From: Candidatus Uhrbacteria bacterium
Lineage (GTDB): Bacteria; Patescibacteriota; Patescibacteriia; UBA9934; GWF2-40-263
Reading direction: 5' to 3'
DNA length: 54,785 nucleotides
Assembly: GCA_037131775.1 (NCBI GenBank)
Contig: JBAXQK010000006.1
Location: forward strand, 1-54,785
The notes under the pieces: generated by a model
The model's input: only the letters and a program-made list of their open reading frames with translations
Database searches by the model: none
Told to the model about the DNA's origin: nothing
Shown here: in pieces, positions 18,698 through 27,742 of the stretch
Layout of the letters: each line of letters begins with the position of its first letter
Numbering within the stretch: the stretch's first letter is position 1
Made by a program: the position numbers and the translations under genes

Positions 18698-19228
18698 TTA
18701 CAGGCCCAAGTGCAACCGGACCATGTACCAGGCCGCGATGGCGTGACTGTCCCAGATCCGGCCGTCGCGGATGGCCTCGTCGATCTCGGATTCGGACATC
18801 GAGACGACAGCCGACACTTCCCCGTCGTGCTCGCCGACCTTCTTTAGGTCCGTCGCGAAAAAGATATGCAGGGTCTCGTCGACGATCGCGGGGGCCGATC
18901 CGCACGTGCCGACCTTCACGATCGTTCCGGCCTCGTACCCGGTCTCCTCAGCCAGCTCGCGCGCCGCAGATTCCTCCGGCGTCTCGCCAGGCTCGATCCC
19001 ACCCGCGGCGACGGACATGGACATCCGGTCGTTCACGTAGCGGTACTCGTTGATCATCACGAATCGTCCGTCCTCGTCGCGCGCGACAATCAGCACGGCG
19101 CCGTCATTGCGGACGAGATGGTATTCGCCCTCGGACCCTTCGGGGGTTTTAAATCGTCGCAGGATGTGCGACCACCATGGGTTGGAGTCGAGGGTTTCCT
19201 CGGAGAGGGTTTGCCAGGATTCGAGCAT
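18698..19228 (-). CDS. NUDIX hydrolase (NudF/ADPR pyrophosphatase-like)
   Basis: AGGIEPGETPEESAARELAEETG Nudix box; EYRY motif. Confidence 0.88.
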   Translation of the reverse strand: MLESWQTLSEETLDSNPWWSHILRRFKTPEGSEGEYHLVRNDGAVLIVARDEDGRFVMINEYRYVNDRMSMSVAAGGIEPGETPEESAARELAEETGYEAGTIVKVGTCGSAPAIVDETLHIFFATDLKKVGEHDGEVSAVVSMSESEIDEAIRDGRIWDSHAIAAWYMVRLHLGL

Positions 19229-19256
19229 ATGTAAGGCTCATTTAATTACGGCGTGG

Positions 19257-19297
19257 CGACCACCCCTGACCCCTCCTCCCTATGAGGAGGGGAAACG
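19257..19297 (+). repeat. ~40-bp palindromic element, copy A (intergenic)
   Basis: CGACCACCCCTGACCCCTCCT-CCCTATG-AGGAGGGGAAACG; 39/41 identical to the copy at 23498-23538. Confidence 0.85.
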
Positions 19298-19305
19298 AGT
19301 AAAGA

Positions 19306-19653
19306 TTAGGACGAACGGACGGATGCGAGGACGACCGCCGGCGTCACGAGCGAGGCAAGGACGGCGAGGAGGCGGTACGACTCGAACCCGGCGCCGAGGG
19401 TCCAGACGATCGTCGCGAGGACGATGCCGAAGATGGCCGCGACGCCGTACTGCGCAAACGGCCAGTCGCGGTATTCGCGGACCGTCATCGTCCACCAGGC
19501 GCCGAAGACGATCGCGGCGAGGAGGAACAGGTGGACCGAGAGATAGCGCGCGACGAATCCCGGGCGCAGCGCGTCGACGATCCAAAAGGAAACGTACGAG
19601 ATCGCGCTCGTGAAGAACCCTGTCTTAGCGATGCGTTCCTGCCACGTACCCAT
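19306..19653 (-). CDS. Small 4-TM membrane protein
   Basis: 115 aa hydrophobic ORF overlapping the upstream gene end. Confidence 0.7.
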   Translation of the reverse strand: MGTWQERIAKTGFFTSAISYVSFWIVDALRPGFVARYLSVHLFLLAAIVFGAWWTMTVREYRDWPFAQYGVAAIFGIVLATIVWTLGAGFESYRLLAVLASLVTPAVVLASVRSS

Positions 19654-21061
19654 AGAGGTCGGTGAGTGAGAAAGGCTGGCGATGCATGGTCAGGTTGATC
19701 GACTTCACCGAGACCGTCCCCCCGGCGGCGCGGATACCAGGGACGGAGAAGACGAACTTCCACGCACCCTTGTCGAGGACGATCTTCGTCGCGTCGAACG
19801 TCGCGTTCGCCACGTACCAGTCGCCGATCTTTTTCGGCGAGACGTACGTCGCGTACACGTAGTCGACGCCGAGCGCGTCGAGGTTCGTCTGGTCGGTGAG
19901 GCGGACCGGGTCTGGGTTGAAGTACATCTTCCAATCGAACGCGACGTGCCCGTCGGCCGTTACCTCGAGGTCGCCGCGCTCGGTCGAGATCGGGACAACC
20001 CCGAACTGGTTGACGTCGAGCTCGAACCGCTTGTACGGCGCGTCGATCGCGAGCGGCCCCCCGGACGACAGGCCGACCGTCACGTTCTGCAGCCCCTCGA
20101 CGTGACGCGTCGCGAACGACAGGTGCTTCGCCTCGGTCCACATGGTAATCGGGGCCGTCTTGTCCTTGTACCCGACCTCGTCGCCGAGGAACAGCGTGTT
20201 CAGGAATACCATCTTCTGCTGCGTCGTCGAGATCGTCCGCCAGAACACGTCGCGGTCCGCCTGCATCTGCACCTTGTAAACGCCCTCGGGAAGACCCGGG
20301 ATCCGAAGCGCGACATGCCTCATCGCCGACCCCCGCGACGACGCCGAGACGTCCCCGTCATCCGACGCGCGCGCGTCCCCGACCGCGATTCCGTCCGCGC
20401 TCGTCACCACGAGCGTCACGGGATCCGCGCCCTCGTCGCGATTCATGTCCGTGTACCAGAAGTCATACGAAAGCGTCTCATCCTTCACGTACGTCTTGAG
20501 CTCGTGCGATCCGCGGAGGCTGACGGCGACGGCCTGCGTGTCCGTCGTCGGAACGTACCCGTCGATCGCAAATGCCTTTCCGATGTCCGCGTGATACGTC
20601 GCCACCTTCGAGACCGGCGGAGGGTTCGCGAGAAAATCATCTATGGACCTGTATGTCAGCGAACGCTGCAGCAGCACCTTCCCGTCCTTCTCAAGCCGAA
20701 TCCAGCCGAGATTGTCGATCATCGTGTTTTGAAGCGGATGCAAATCGTACGCCTGCGCCTCGACGTTCCCGAGCGCGCCGAGCTCGACGATGGGCGCCTT
20801 GTCGTTCTTGAACCAGATTTCCGCGTCGACGGAATCAAAAGCGCGATGGGGATGGACGAAGAAGAACGCGGGGTCGTCCGTGACGGTTCCGCCGGCGGTC
20901 GCGCGGCTGTCGGGCAGCAGGCGATCGACGAACGGCGACGCGTCGGCGACCTCGTGGCGAACCGAAAACGTTCCGGTGGGCACGAGCTCCTGGTTCAGCA
21001 ACCAGGCGAACAGCGCGATCGGGACGGAGACGATAAGCAGTTGGATGAGTCGGACAAGCAT
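19625..21061 (-). CDS. Membrane-anchored extracellular hypothetical protein
   Basis: Start MLVRLIQ (ATG 21061, 2 nt from upstream stop), N-terminal TM, beta-rich body. Confidence 0.75.
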   Translation of the reverse strand: MLVRLIQLLIVSVPIALFAWLLNQELVPTGTFSVRHEVADASPFVDRLLPDSRATAGGTVTDDPAFFFVHPHRAFDSVDAEIWFKNDKAPIVELGALGNVEAQAYDLHPLQNTMIDNLGWIRLEKDGKVLLQRSLTYRSIDDFLANPPPVSKVATYHADIGKAFAIDGYVPTTDTQAVAVSLRGSHELKTYVKDETLSYDFWYTDMNRDEGADPVTLVVTSADGIAVGDARASDDGDVSASSRGSAMRHVALRIPGLPEGVYKVQMQADRDVFWRTISTTQQKMVFLNTLFLGDEVGYKDKTAPITMWTEAKHLSFATRHVEGLQNVTVGLSSGGPLAIDAPYKRFELDVNQFGVVPISTERGDLEVTADGHVAFDWKMYFNPDPVRLTDQTNLDALGVDYVYATYVSPKKIGDWYVANATFDATKIVLDKGAWKFVFSVPGIRAAGGTVSVKSINLTMHRQPFSLTDLYGYVAGTHR

Positions 21062-21063
21062 AG

Positions 21064-22524
21064 TTAGGCTGCCAGTTGTACCGCGTCTCCCTGCCGCTCG
21101 GACGCGTTCGCATTTTCCCGCGTGCGCGCATCGCATCGAGCCACGAACTCCGACCATTGCTCGCGGATCGACTCCTGGAGCGCCACGTTCGGCGCGTAAT
21201 TCTCAAGCGAGACGCGATACGGAACCGTGTCGCCGGGAACGCGTACGAGATCGCGGTCGGCACGCACCTGGTTCTGGCGACGGTAGGCGCGCTCGGCCAG
21301 ATTCTTCAGCTTGTTCGACAGCCACTTGGTCACGCCGGCATCGTCGAGCGGTCCGTCGGAAACGCGAAAGAACGGCGATTCCGCATGAACGCGGTCAAGC
21401 GTTTCCATCGGCGTCTCTCCCTCGCGCACCTGTCCGATCTGCGCCCCGAGCGCGTGGAGCCGTTCCAACAGTTCCGGCCCGTTGCGCTTTGCCATGAACT
21501 TGCGCGCCAGCACCAGCCAGTAGACGCCGAGGGGAAGCTGCCTGTTGAGCGGGAGAAACTCGAACGATCCGGCCTTCCCTTCCGCCGCGAACTTAAGCAG
21601 CCGGGAAAACGCGCGGCTATTGATCAAGCGAACGCCGTCGACGTGCAGATATTCGATTCCGTACAGACCGCGATCGCCCGCGAGCGCGGAGATGGTTCCG
21701 GTGCGTGCCGCTTGCGCCGCTCGCTCGGAGTACACGAGGCCATCTTTCGTCAGGAAGCATTGGTTCAGATCGATGTCCCTTCCCGCGGCCAGATGCGCGA
21801 CGTCCGAAACGTCGTCTACCCACTCCAAGCCCGTCGCGTCCGCCCCAAGCTCCAGAGCCTCCGCCTTGATCGCGTCCTGCTCACCGGCCGGCGCCGTGGC
21901 GATGATGTCGACGTCGTTCACGGGAAACTCCGCGGCCAAGAACGCGTGCGGCGCGCCAACCAGGTTCTTCAGCATGATGCGCGGAAGCCCGCCCTTCATG
22001 ATGACCCGGTCGGTCCTTGGCATCGGAAACTCGGCCCAATCCGCTTCGCCGTCCGGCCGCACGAACACGACGGCCTGCGAACCGCGTCGCTCCATGCGAA
22101 CGTCCGGAGAAGCGGCCGTGAGCGTCTCCCAGGAAACGGCATGCATCGGCGACGCTTCCCGTACTTCCGGCGCGGTGTGCAATGCGTGCGCCATGTCGTG
22201 AATGGCATTCTGCGCCGCGGTCTGATAATCGGACGTGCGGCCCGTCGGACCGGCGCTTGCCTGGGCCCGCAGCACGACGAGCGCCTCGTCCAGCTGTCGG
22301 ACGACCGACTCGGAATATTCCTTGGGAAGCGTCGCGATCGTGGCGCGCTGCGTCGCGAAATACTTGTACAGGCGGTGCCACCAGCGCGCCGGGTTCCCCT
22401 CGCGGAGAATCCGTTCCGCCCCGGAGAGCACTTCCACGTATCGCTCGTACGCCTCGCGTCCCGCCTCGGCGCGTTCGACGTCCGTGCGGGATTCCTGCGT
22501 CGGCTGGGCATTCCATTCGTTCAT
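21064..22524 (-). CDS. Hypothetical protein with divergent Pol-beta-superfamily nucleotidyltransferase (CCA/poly(A) polymerase head-like) motifs
   Basis: MKGGLPRIML...VNDVDII...GRDIDLNQCFL resemble GGxVRD, DxD and RRDFTIN motifs. Confidence 0.55.
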   Translation of the reverse strand: MNEWNAQPTQESRTDVERAEAGREAYERYVEVLSGAERILREGNPARWWHRLYKYFATQRATIATLPKEYSESVVRQLDEALVVLRAQASAGPTGRTSDYQTAAQNAIHDMAHALHTAPEVREASPMHAVSWETLTAASPDVRMERRGSQAVVFVRPDGEADWAEFPMPRTDRVIMKGGLPRIMLKNLVGAPHAFLAAEFPVNDVDIIATAPAGEQDAIKAEALELGADATGLEWVDDVSDVAHLAAGRDIDLNQCFLTKDGLVYSERAAQAARTGTISALAGDRGLYGIEYLHVDGVRLINSRAFSRLLKFAAEGKAGSFEFLPLNRQLPLGVYWLVLARKFMAKRNGPELLERLHALGAQIGQVREGETPMETLDRVHAESPFFRVSDGPLDDAGVTKWLSNKLKNLAERAYRRQNQVRADRDLVRVPGDTVPYRVSLENYAPNVALQESIREQWSEFVARCDARTRENANASERQGDAVQLAA

Positions 22525-22528
22525 ATGC

Positions 22529-24181
22529 CTACGGGGTTTGTGAAATACGATACAGCGTCTCGATTCGGAACGTGTGGACGATGTCGATCTTCAGGCCGAG
22601 CTTCGCAAGCTTGTCGCCATTGAGATAGTCGACGTCCGTCTGTGGAAGCGTGATCCCGTAGTAGTAGAGCGGAACGCGGAGCGCGATGCGGGGCATCAGC
22701 GCGTACGTCGCCTCGTCGCGCAGCGGATAGAGCACGCGGCGGAACGGGAAGAACAGCTTGTCCGCGCGGTCGACGATGATGATCGCGTCCTTTTCCGTGC
22801 TCGCAAGGACGGCCGCGCGCGTCTCCCGCGATTCCGCGAGCCCGTTCGCGGCGGCGACGATGCCGTCCTGCGACGAGAGAAACGCGACGCGAACCGACAG
22901 CCCGAGGCAGAGCACGACCAGGATGACGACCGCCATCCGCTGCGCGAGGTCGGTGATCGCGCGGCGGGAGATCCAGCGGATCCCGAGCGCGCAGAACGGC
23001 GTCGCGAGCGCGAACGCCGGGAGCCAGTAACGCACGTGGCTGTTGCCGATGGTGACCTGCGTCGGATCGGGATTGTCGAAGAAGGTCCAGCTGCCGTACA
23101 TCAGTGCCAGATACGCGGACGCGACGATCGCGAAGGCGAGATAGGATTTTCGCGCGGCATTGTGCTCCTTGGCAAGCGACTTCCTCGGAAACGCGAGCGG
23201 GAATCCGATCAGCGCGAGAATCGTCAGCCACCAGAACAGCTCGAACCCGTAGGAAAGAAGGTTGGCCTTGACATTATGCCGCGAGAGGCCGAAGGGGAAA
23301 AATGGCGATGGAGCGACGGAGTCGTGTCGTGGCGGAGTGACGGCGGGCGCGGTCGCGACGGTCCCGCCCGCCTCGGCGTTCGCGACGACGGTGTAGCCGG
23401 TCGTGAGCGGGCTGCCGTAGGTGGCGGCGTTGAAGGCGAAGAGCGGGACGATGGCGACGGCAAAACCGACGAGGAACGCGGCGATCGATTTGCGCGACGA
23501 CCACCCCTGCCCCCTCCTCCCCATGAGGAGGGGAAACGTGGCCGCGACGGTCGCAAGGGCGAGCCAGATGGCTTCGGAGGGACGGATAAAGAGGGCAAGG
23601 CCCGCGAGGGCGCCGGCGAGGGTTGGGTCGACGATGGCGAAGCGCCGGGTGCGCGAGGGGCGAACGACGAGGACGTAGGCCGCGAGGATCAGAAGCGCGA
23701 CGAACGGGACGTTCGGCATGAACGAGCGGGCGGAGTAGTACCACCAGGCCGGATGGATCGCGAGAAGGACGGCGGACAGGAGCGCGGTCTCCCGGTCGAA
23801 AATCTTTTTGACCGTGCCGTACCAGGCAAGAACCGCGAGCGCGGCGAGCAAGGGCGTCAGGAGCGGGAGGGACCAGTATCCGGCCAGCGCGGCAATCGCC
23901 CCGAAGATCACGGGCAGGCCGATGAAGCTTCCGGGGACGAGGCGGCCGCCGACGGACACGATGCTGCGCGGATGAAGCGCATCCCCGAGAACCGCGTTCA
24001 TCGGCTCGTAGACGGACAGCGACCCGTCGCGCACGAAGGTCTTCGCGAAGAAGGCGTTCGCCGTCTCGTCGGGCGACACGTAGATTCCGCCGACGCGCAG
24101 GAGCACGAGGCACCCCAGGAACGCGAGCGCCACGAACGCGCCGATGATCCACTTGTCGAGGCGGGGATGGACGTTCTTCAT
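22529..24181 (-). CDS. GT-C family (ArnT/PMT-like) multi-TM glycosyltransferase
   Basis: First-loop SPDE acidic motif, ~11 TM segments, RYWLP motif, periplasmic C-terminal domain. Confidence 0.78.
   Translation of the reverse strand: MKNVHPRLDKWIIGAFVALAFLGCLVLLRVGGIYVSPDETANAFFAKTFVRDGSLSVYEPMNAVLGDALHPRSIVSVGGRLVPGSFIGLPVIFGAIAALAGYWSLPLLTPLLAALAVLAWYGTVKKIFDRETALLSAVLLAIHPAWWYYSARSFMPNVPFVALLILAAYVLVVRPSRTRRFAIVDPTLAGALAGLALFIRPSEAIWLALATVAATFPLLMGRRGQGWSSRKSIAAFLVGFAVAIVPLFAFNAATYGSPLTTGYTVVANAEAGGTVATAPAVTPPRHDSVAPSPFFPFGLSRHNVKANLLSYGFELFWWLTILALIGFPLAFPRKSLAKEHNAARKSYLAFAIVASAYLALMYGSWTFFDNPDPTQVTIGNSHVRYWLPAFALATPFCALGIRWISRRAITDLAQRMAVVILVVLCLGLSVRVAFLSSQDGIVAAANGLAESRETRAAVLASTEKDAIIIVDRADKLFFPFRRVLYPLRDEATYALMPRIALRVPLYYYGITLPQTDVDYLNGDKLAKLGLKIDIVHTFRIETLYRISQTP
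23498..23538 (+). repeat. ~40-bp palindromic element, copy B (in frame inside GT-C gene)
   Basis: CGACCACCCCTGCCCCCTCCT-CCCCATG-AGGAGGGGAAACG; read on minus strand as FPLLMGRRGQGWS in an inter-TM loop. Confidence 0.85.
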
Positions 24182-24759
24182 AGGCCGTAGGTGAACAGGC
24201 TCGCGACGGCAAGAACGATGGCAAGCGAGAGAATGGCGATGGAAAGCGGGATCAGGGCAGGAATTCCCGTCCAGACGGCGACCAGCAGCAGGGTGATTCC
24301 CACGATCTGCGTGACCATCTTCGCCTTTCCGATCACGTTGGCCATCACGCGGAACCCCATGCGCCTCCGCACCACGCCGCCGATCACAAGCGCCAGCTCG
24401 AGTCCCACGATCAAAAACCCGATCGTCGGGCTCAGGTATCGGATAACCACGAGGAGAATCACGGAGCTGATCAGGAGCTTGTCCGCGATCGGGTCATAAA
24501 GCGAGCCCCACTCCGTAATTTGCTTTCGCACCCGGGCCAGGGACCCGTCGAGCGCGTCCGTGAACGCGAGAAGGACGAAAAGCGGAACCCCGGTGGCAAA
24601 GTCGCCCCGATAGAGCAGCCAAAGGACAAGCGGGGTCAGCACGAACCGAAACCAGGTCACCGCGTTCGGGGTGACAAACTCCGGAACGAGACGGATCACC
24701 GTTGCCGCGAGCAGGCGGTCGTGTGGGAACAGCTTGTTTGGATCGCGTTCGAACGCCAT
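24178..24759 (-). CDS. CDP-alcohol phosphatidyltransferase (PgsA-like)
   Basis: TPNAVTWFR and TDALDGSLAR...WGSLYDPIADK (DxxDGxxAR...GxxxDxxxD) motif; GKAKM. Confidence 0.88.
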   Translation of the reverse strand: MAFERDPNKLFPHDRLLAATVIRLVPEFVTPNAVTWFRFVLTPLVLWLLYRGDFATGVPLFVLLAFTDALDGSLARVRKQITEWGSLYDPIADKLLISSVILLVVIRYLSPTIGFLIVGLELALVIGGVVRRRMGFRVMANVIGKAKMVTQIVGITLLLVAVWTGIPALIPLSIAILSLAIVLAVASLFTYGL

Positions 24760-24780
24760 AAATGGTAGGATATCCGCACT
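24760..24780. promoter_or_regulatory. Overlapping divergent -10 elements in a 21-bp intergenic gap
   Basis: Plus TGG-TAGGAT (24766-24771) 9 nt before ATG 24781; minus TATCCT (24767-24772) 7 nt before ATG 24759. Confidence 0.55.
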
Positions 24781-26934
24781 ATGCCTGGGATTCTTTCTCG
24801 CATCCACTCTATCAGTTTTACCGTCATTTTCCTAGCGCTTCTGCTTGCGAACGCCGCGCTATGGCAAAGCCCGGTCCTTGGCGCCGCGCTGCTGGCGGCG
24901 TTTCTCGTCACGTTCGGAAGCTGGATCGGACGCTTCGTGGCGCCGACCGAGCACGGGCCGACGCAGACGTGGGTTGGCGGGTGGATGCTGCTGTCGGCGG
25001 TCATGGTCGCGGGAGCCGGCGTCTACTATGTCTGGCAACTGACGACCGACGTGTCGCTCGTCATTGCGATGACGGCGGGACCGATCGCCTGGACGCTCTC
25101 GACGAAATCCAAGCTCGGTTGGTTTCAGCGTCCGCACGATGGCGTTTCCGAACCGCGCCACCGCGTCCCCGCCGCGTTCTGGATCGCGGCCTCGCTCGTC
25201 GTCGCCGGACTTGCCTCGACCGCGTGGCTCCTCATCGACGCGGCGACGACCGACGCGGTGCGAACCATCTGGGAACGCGTTCCTCCCGCCGCGCTCGTCT
25301 CGTTCGGACTCTCCGCGCTCGTCCTCGCGGGACTCCTCTTCCACGGAAAGGAGCGCGCCGTCACGATCAGCCTCACGACCGCGACGCTCGGCGTCTTTCT
25401 CCTCGCCGCCTACCTCGTCTTTCCGCTCGGCTTCGGCTTCGACCCGTTCATCCACCTGGCCACCGAGGAGCACATCGCGCGGTTCGGCACCATCACGCCG
25501 AAGCCGCTCTACTACGTCGGCCAGTACGCCCTCATCCTCTTCGCCCACCAGGCGTTCTCGATTCCGATCGCGACGCTGAACGCGCTGCTGGTCCCGCTGC
25601 TTGCCGCGCTGCTTCTCCCGCTCGCCTGGTTCAGCGCCGCGACGCATCTGCTCAAGGACAAGAACGCCGGCGCCGCCACGCTCGCCGCGATCTTCCTCGT
25701 CCCGCTCGCGAGCTTCATCCTCACCACCCCGCAGGGACTCGCGAACCTCTGGGTCCTCCTCCTCGTGCTCGCCGCGATCCCGACCCTCGTCCGCGACGAG
25801 TCCCCGCGCGTCTGGCCTCTCGCCCTCCCCGCCCTCGCCGCGCTCGTCACGCACCCGATCGCGGGCATCCCCGCGATGCTGTTCGTGATCCTGCTCGCGT
25901 CCGATCCGCGACGCAACGGCGGCCGCGTCCTCTCGCACCTCGTCTTCTGGACGACCGTCGTCGCCGGCAGCGTCGCGATTCCCCTCTCCTTCGTCGCCAA
26001 CGCGCTTCGGTCGACGGGAACGCCCGGCATCGACCCGTCGAACCTCTCAAACCTGTTCACCCTGTCCAACCTCTCGGTCTTTTTTTCCAACCGCTTCAAT
26101 CCCCTCCTCGACTTCGTCTATCTCTACGGCCTGAACGCGACCGTCCTGTTCCTCGCTCTCGCCGCCGTCGGATACTGGATCTCGCGCCGCCAGATGCGCG
26201 GGGCTCTCCGCATCCTCGTCCTCATGGCCGCGATGCTCGCCGTGAACTGGGCGATCCTCTCGACCGCGGTCGACTTCTCGTTCCTCATCGACTACGAGCG
26301 CCAGAACTTCGCCGCGCGGCTCGTCCCGATGATCCTGTTCTTCCTCGCGCCGCTTGTCATCCTCGCGGTCGGCACGTGGATCAACCGCGTGCGCCCCGGC
26401 CCGGTCTCGCTTCGCGTCGCCACCGTCGTCCTGCTCGCCGCGCTGTCGACCGCCTCGTTCTATCTCGCCTATCCGCGCAACGACGCCTACGAGGCCGGGC
26501 ACGGGTTCAACGTGAGCCAGGCGGACGTCGACGCCGTCCACGCGATCGAGAAGGACGCGGCGGGCACCCCGTACGTCGTCCTCGCGAACCAGACCGTCTC
26601 GGCCGCGGCCGTCCGGGAGCTCGGGTTCGTGCGCTACTACGGCGACCTGTTCTTCTATCCGATCCCGACCGGCGGCGACCTCTACTCGTCGTTCCTCGCG
26701 ATGAACGAGAAGCCAAGCGTCGAGACCGCGAAGGCCGCGCTCGACCTCATGAACGCACGCTGCTCGGCAAGCCCGGAGTGCACGCAGCCGCTCGCGAAGA
26801 CCGTCTATTTCGTCGTGAACCAGTACTGGTGGGAAGCGCCAAGAATCGTCGAGACGGCCAAGCAGAATGCCGCTTCGTGGTGGGCGCTCGACAACGCGGC
26901 GGTGCACGTGTTTAAATACCAGCCATATGATTGA
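24781..26934 (+). CDS. Large polytopic membrane protein (possible GT-C-like)
   Basis: 717 aa, >14 hydrophobic segments, GFGFDPFIH loop, C-terminal soluble domain (FFYPIPTGG.LY). Confidence 0.75.
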   Translation: MPGILSRIHSISFTVIFLALLLANAALWQSPVLGAALLAAFLVTFGSWIGRFVAPTEHGPTQTWVGGWMLLSAVMVAGAGVYYVWQLTTDVSLVIAMTAGPIAWTLSTKSKLGWFQRPHDGVSEPRHRVPAAFWIAASLVVAGLASTAWLLIDAATTDAVRTIWERVPPAALVSFGLSALVLAGLLFHGKERAVTISLTTATLGVFLLAAYLVFPLGFGFDPFIHLATEEHIARFGTITPKPLYYVGQYALILFAHQAFSIPIATLNALLVPLLAALLLPLAWFSAATHLLKDKNAGAATLAAIFLVPLASFILTTPQGLANLWVLLLVLAAIPTLVRDESPRVWPLALPALAALVTHPIAGIPAMLFVILLASDPRRNGGRVLSHLVFWTTVVAGSVAIPLSFVANALRSTGTPGIDPSNLSNLFTLSNLSVFFSNRFNPLLDFVYLYGLNATVLFLALAAVGYWISRRQMRGALRILVLMAAMLAVNWAILSTAVDFSFLIDYERQNFAARLVPMILFFLAPLVILAVGTWINRVRPGPVSLRVATVVLLAALSTASFYLAYPRNDAYEAGHGFNVSQADVDAVHAIEKDAAGTPYVVLANQTVSAAAVRELGFVRYYGDLFFYPIPTGGDLYSSFLAMNEKPSVETAKAALDLMNARCSASPECTQPLAKTVYFVVNQYWWEAPRIVETAKQNAASWWALDNAAVHVFKYQPYD

Positions 26935-27700
26935 AACATTCTTCGCGGTACTGTTCGGCCTCGTTACCACGTTCGGATTTCCGCTCGCCATCCTGCTCGT
27001 CGCGTCCATCAAGCAGGTCAACCAGTATGAGCGCGGCGTGAAGTTCACCATGGGAAAGTTTTCCAGCATGGTGGATCCGGGATGGCGCATCGTCTGGCCG
27101 GTGTTCCAGAGCATGCGCAAGGTCGACCTCCGTCTGAAGGCCGTGGACGTCCCGGCGCAGGACGCGATCACGAAGGACAACGTGTCCGCGAAGATCAACG
27201 CGGTGATCTACTACAAGGTGGTCGACTCGTCGAAGGCCGTGCTCGAGGTTGAGAACTTCGGCTACGCGGTGCTGCAGCTCGCGCAGACCACGATGCGAAA
27301 CATCGTCGGCGAGGTGACGCTCGACGAGCTGCTCTCGCAGCGCATGGTCATCTCCGACAAGATCGAGAAGATCGTCGACGAGGCGACGCTCGGCTGGGGC
27401 GTGGAAGTGACCGCGGTCGAGCTGAAGGACATCAACCTTCCGCCCGACATGGTGCGCACGATTGGAAAGCAGGCCGAGGCCGAGCGCGAGCGCCGCGCCG
27501 TCATCATCAGCTCCGAGGGCGAAGTCGCCGCCGCCGAGAACCTCTCGAAGGCCGCCGCCGTCCTCTCGCAGTCGCCGGGCGCCCTCCATCTCCGCACGCT
27601 GAATACGATCAACGATATCTCCTCGGACCAGTCGAACACGGTCGTGTTCACAGTCCCGCTCGAGATCTTGAAGGCGTTCGTCGGGAACAAGCAGATGTAA
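26927..27700 (+). CDS. SPFH/stomatin (slipin) family protein
   Basis: YERGVKF, VDLR, QDAITKDNV, LAQTTMR, VELKDI, QAEAERERRA, ALHLRTL; ATG 26927. Confidence 0.92.
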   Translation: MIETFFAVLFGLVTTFGFPLAILLVASIKQVNQYERGVKFTMGKFSSMVDPGWRIVWPVFQSMRKVDLRLKAVDVPAQDAITKDNVSAKINAVIYYKVVDSSKAVLEVENFGYAVLQLAQTTMRNIVGEVTLDELLSQRMVISDKIEKIVDEATLGWGVEVTAVELKDINLPPDMVRTIGKQAEAERERRAVIISSEGEVAAAENLSKAAAVLSQSPGALHLRTLNTINDISSDQSNTVVFTVPLEILKAFVGNKQM

Positions 27701-27706
27701 AATTTA

Positions 27707-27740
27707 AAAACCGCCGGTGCCATACGGTACCGGCGGTTTT
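27707..27740. terminator. Bidirectional terminator between convergent genes
   Basis: AAAACCGCCGGTGCC-ATAC-GGTACCGGCGGTTTT. Confidence 0.75.
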
Positions 27741-27742
27741 GA

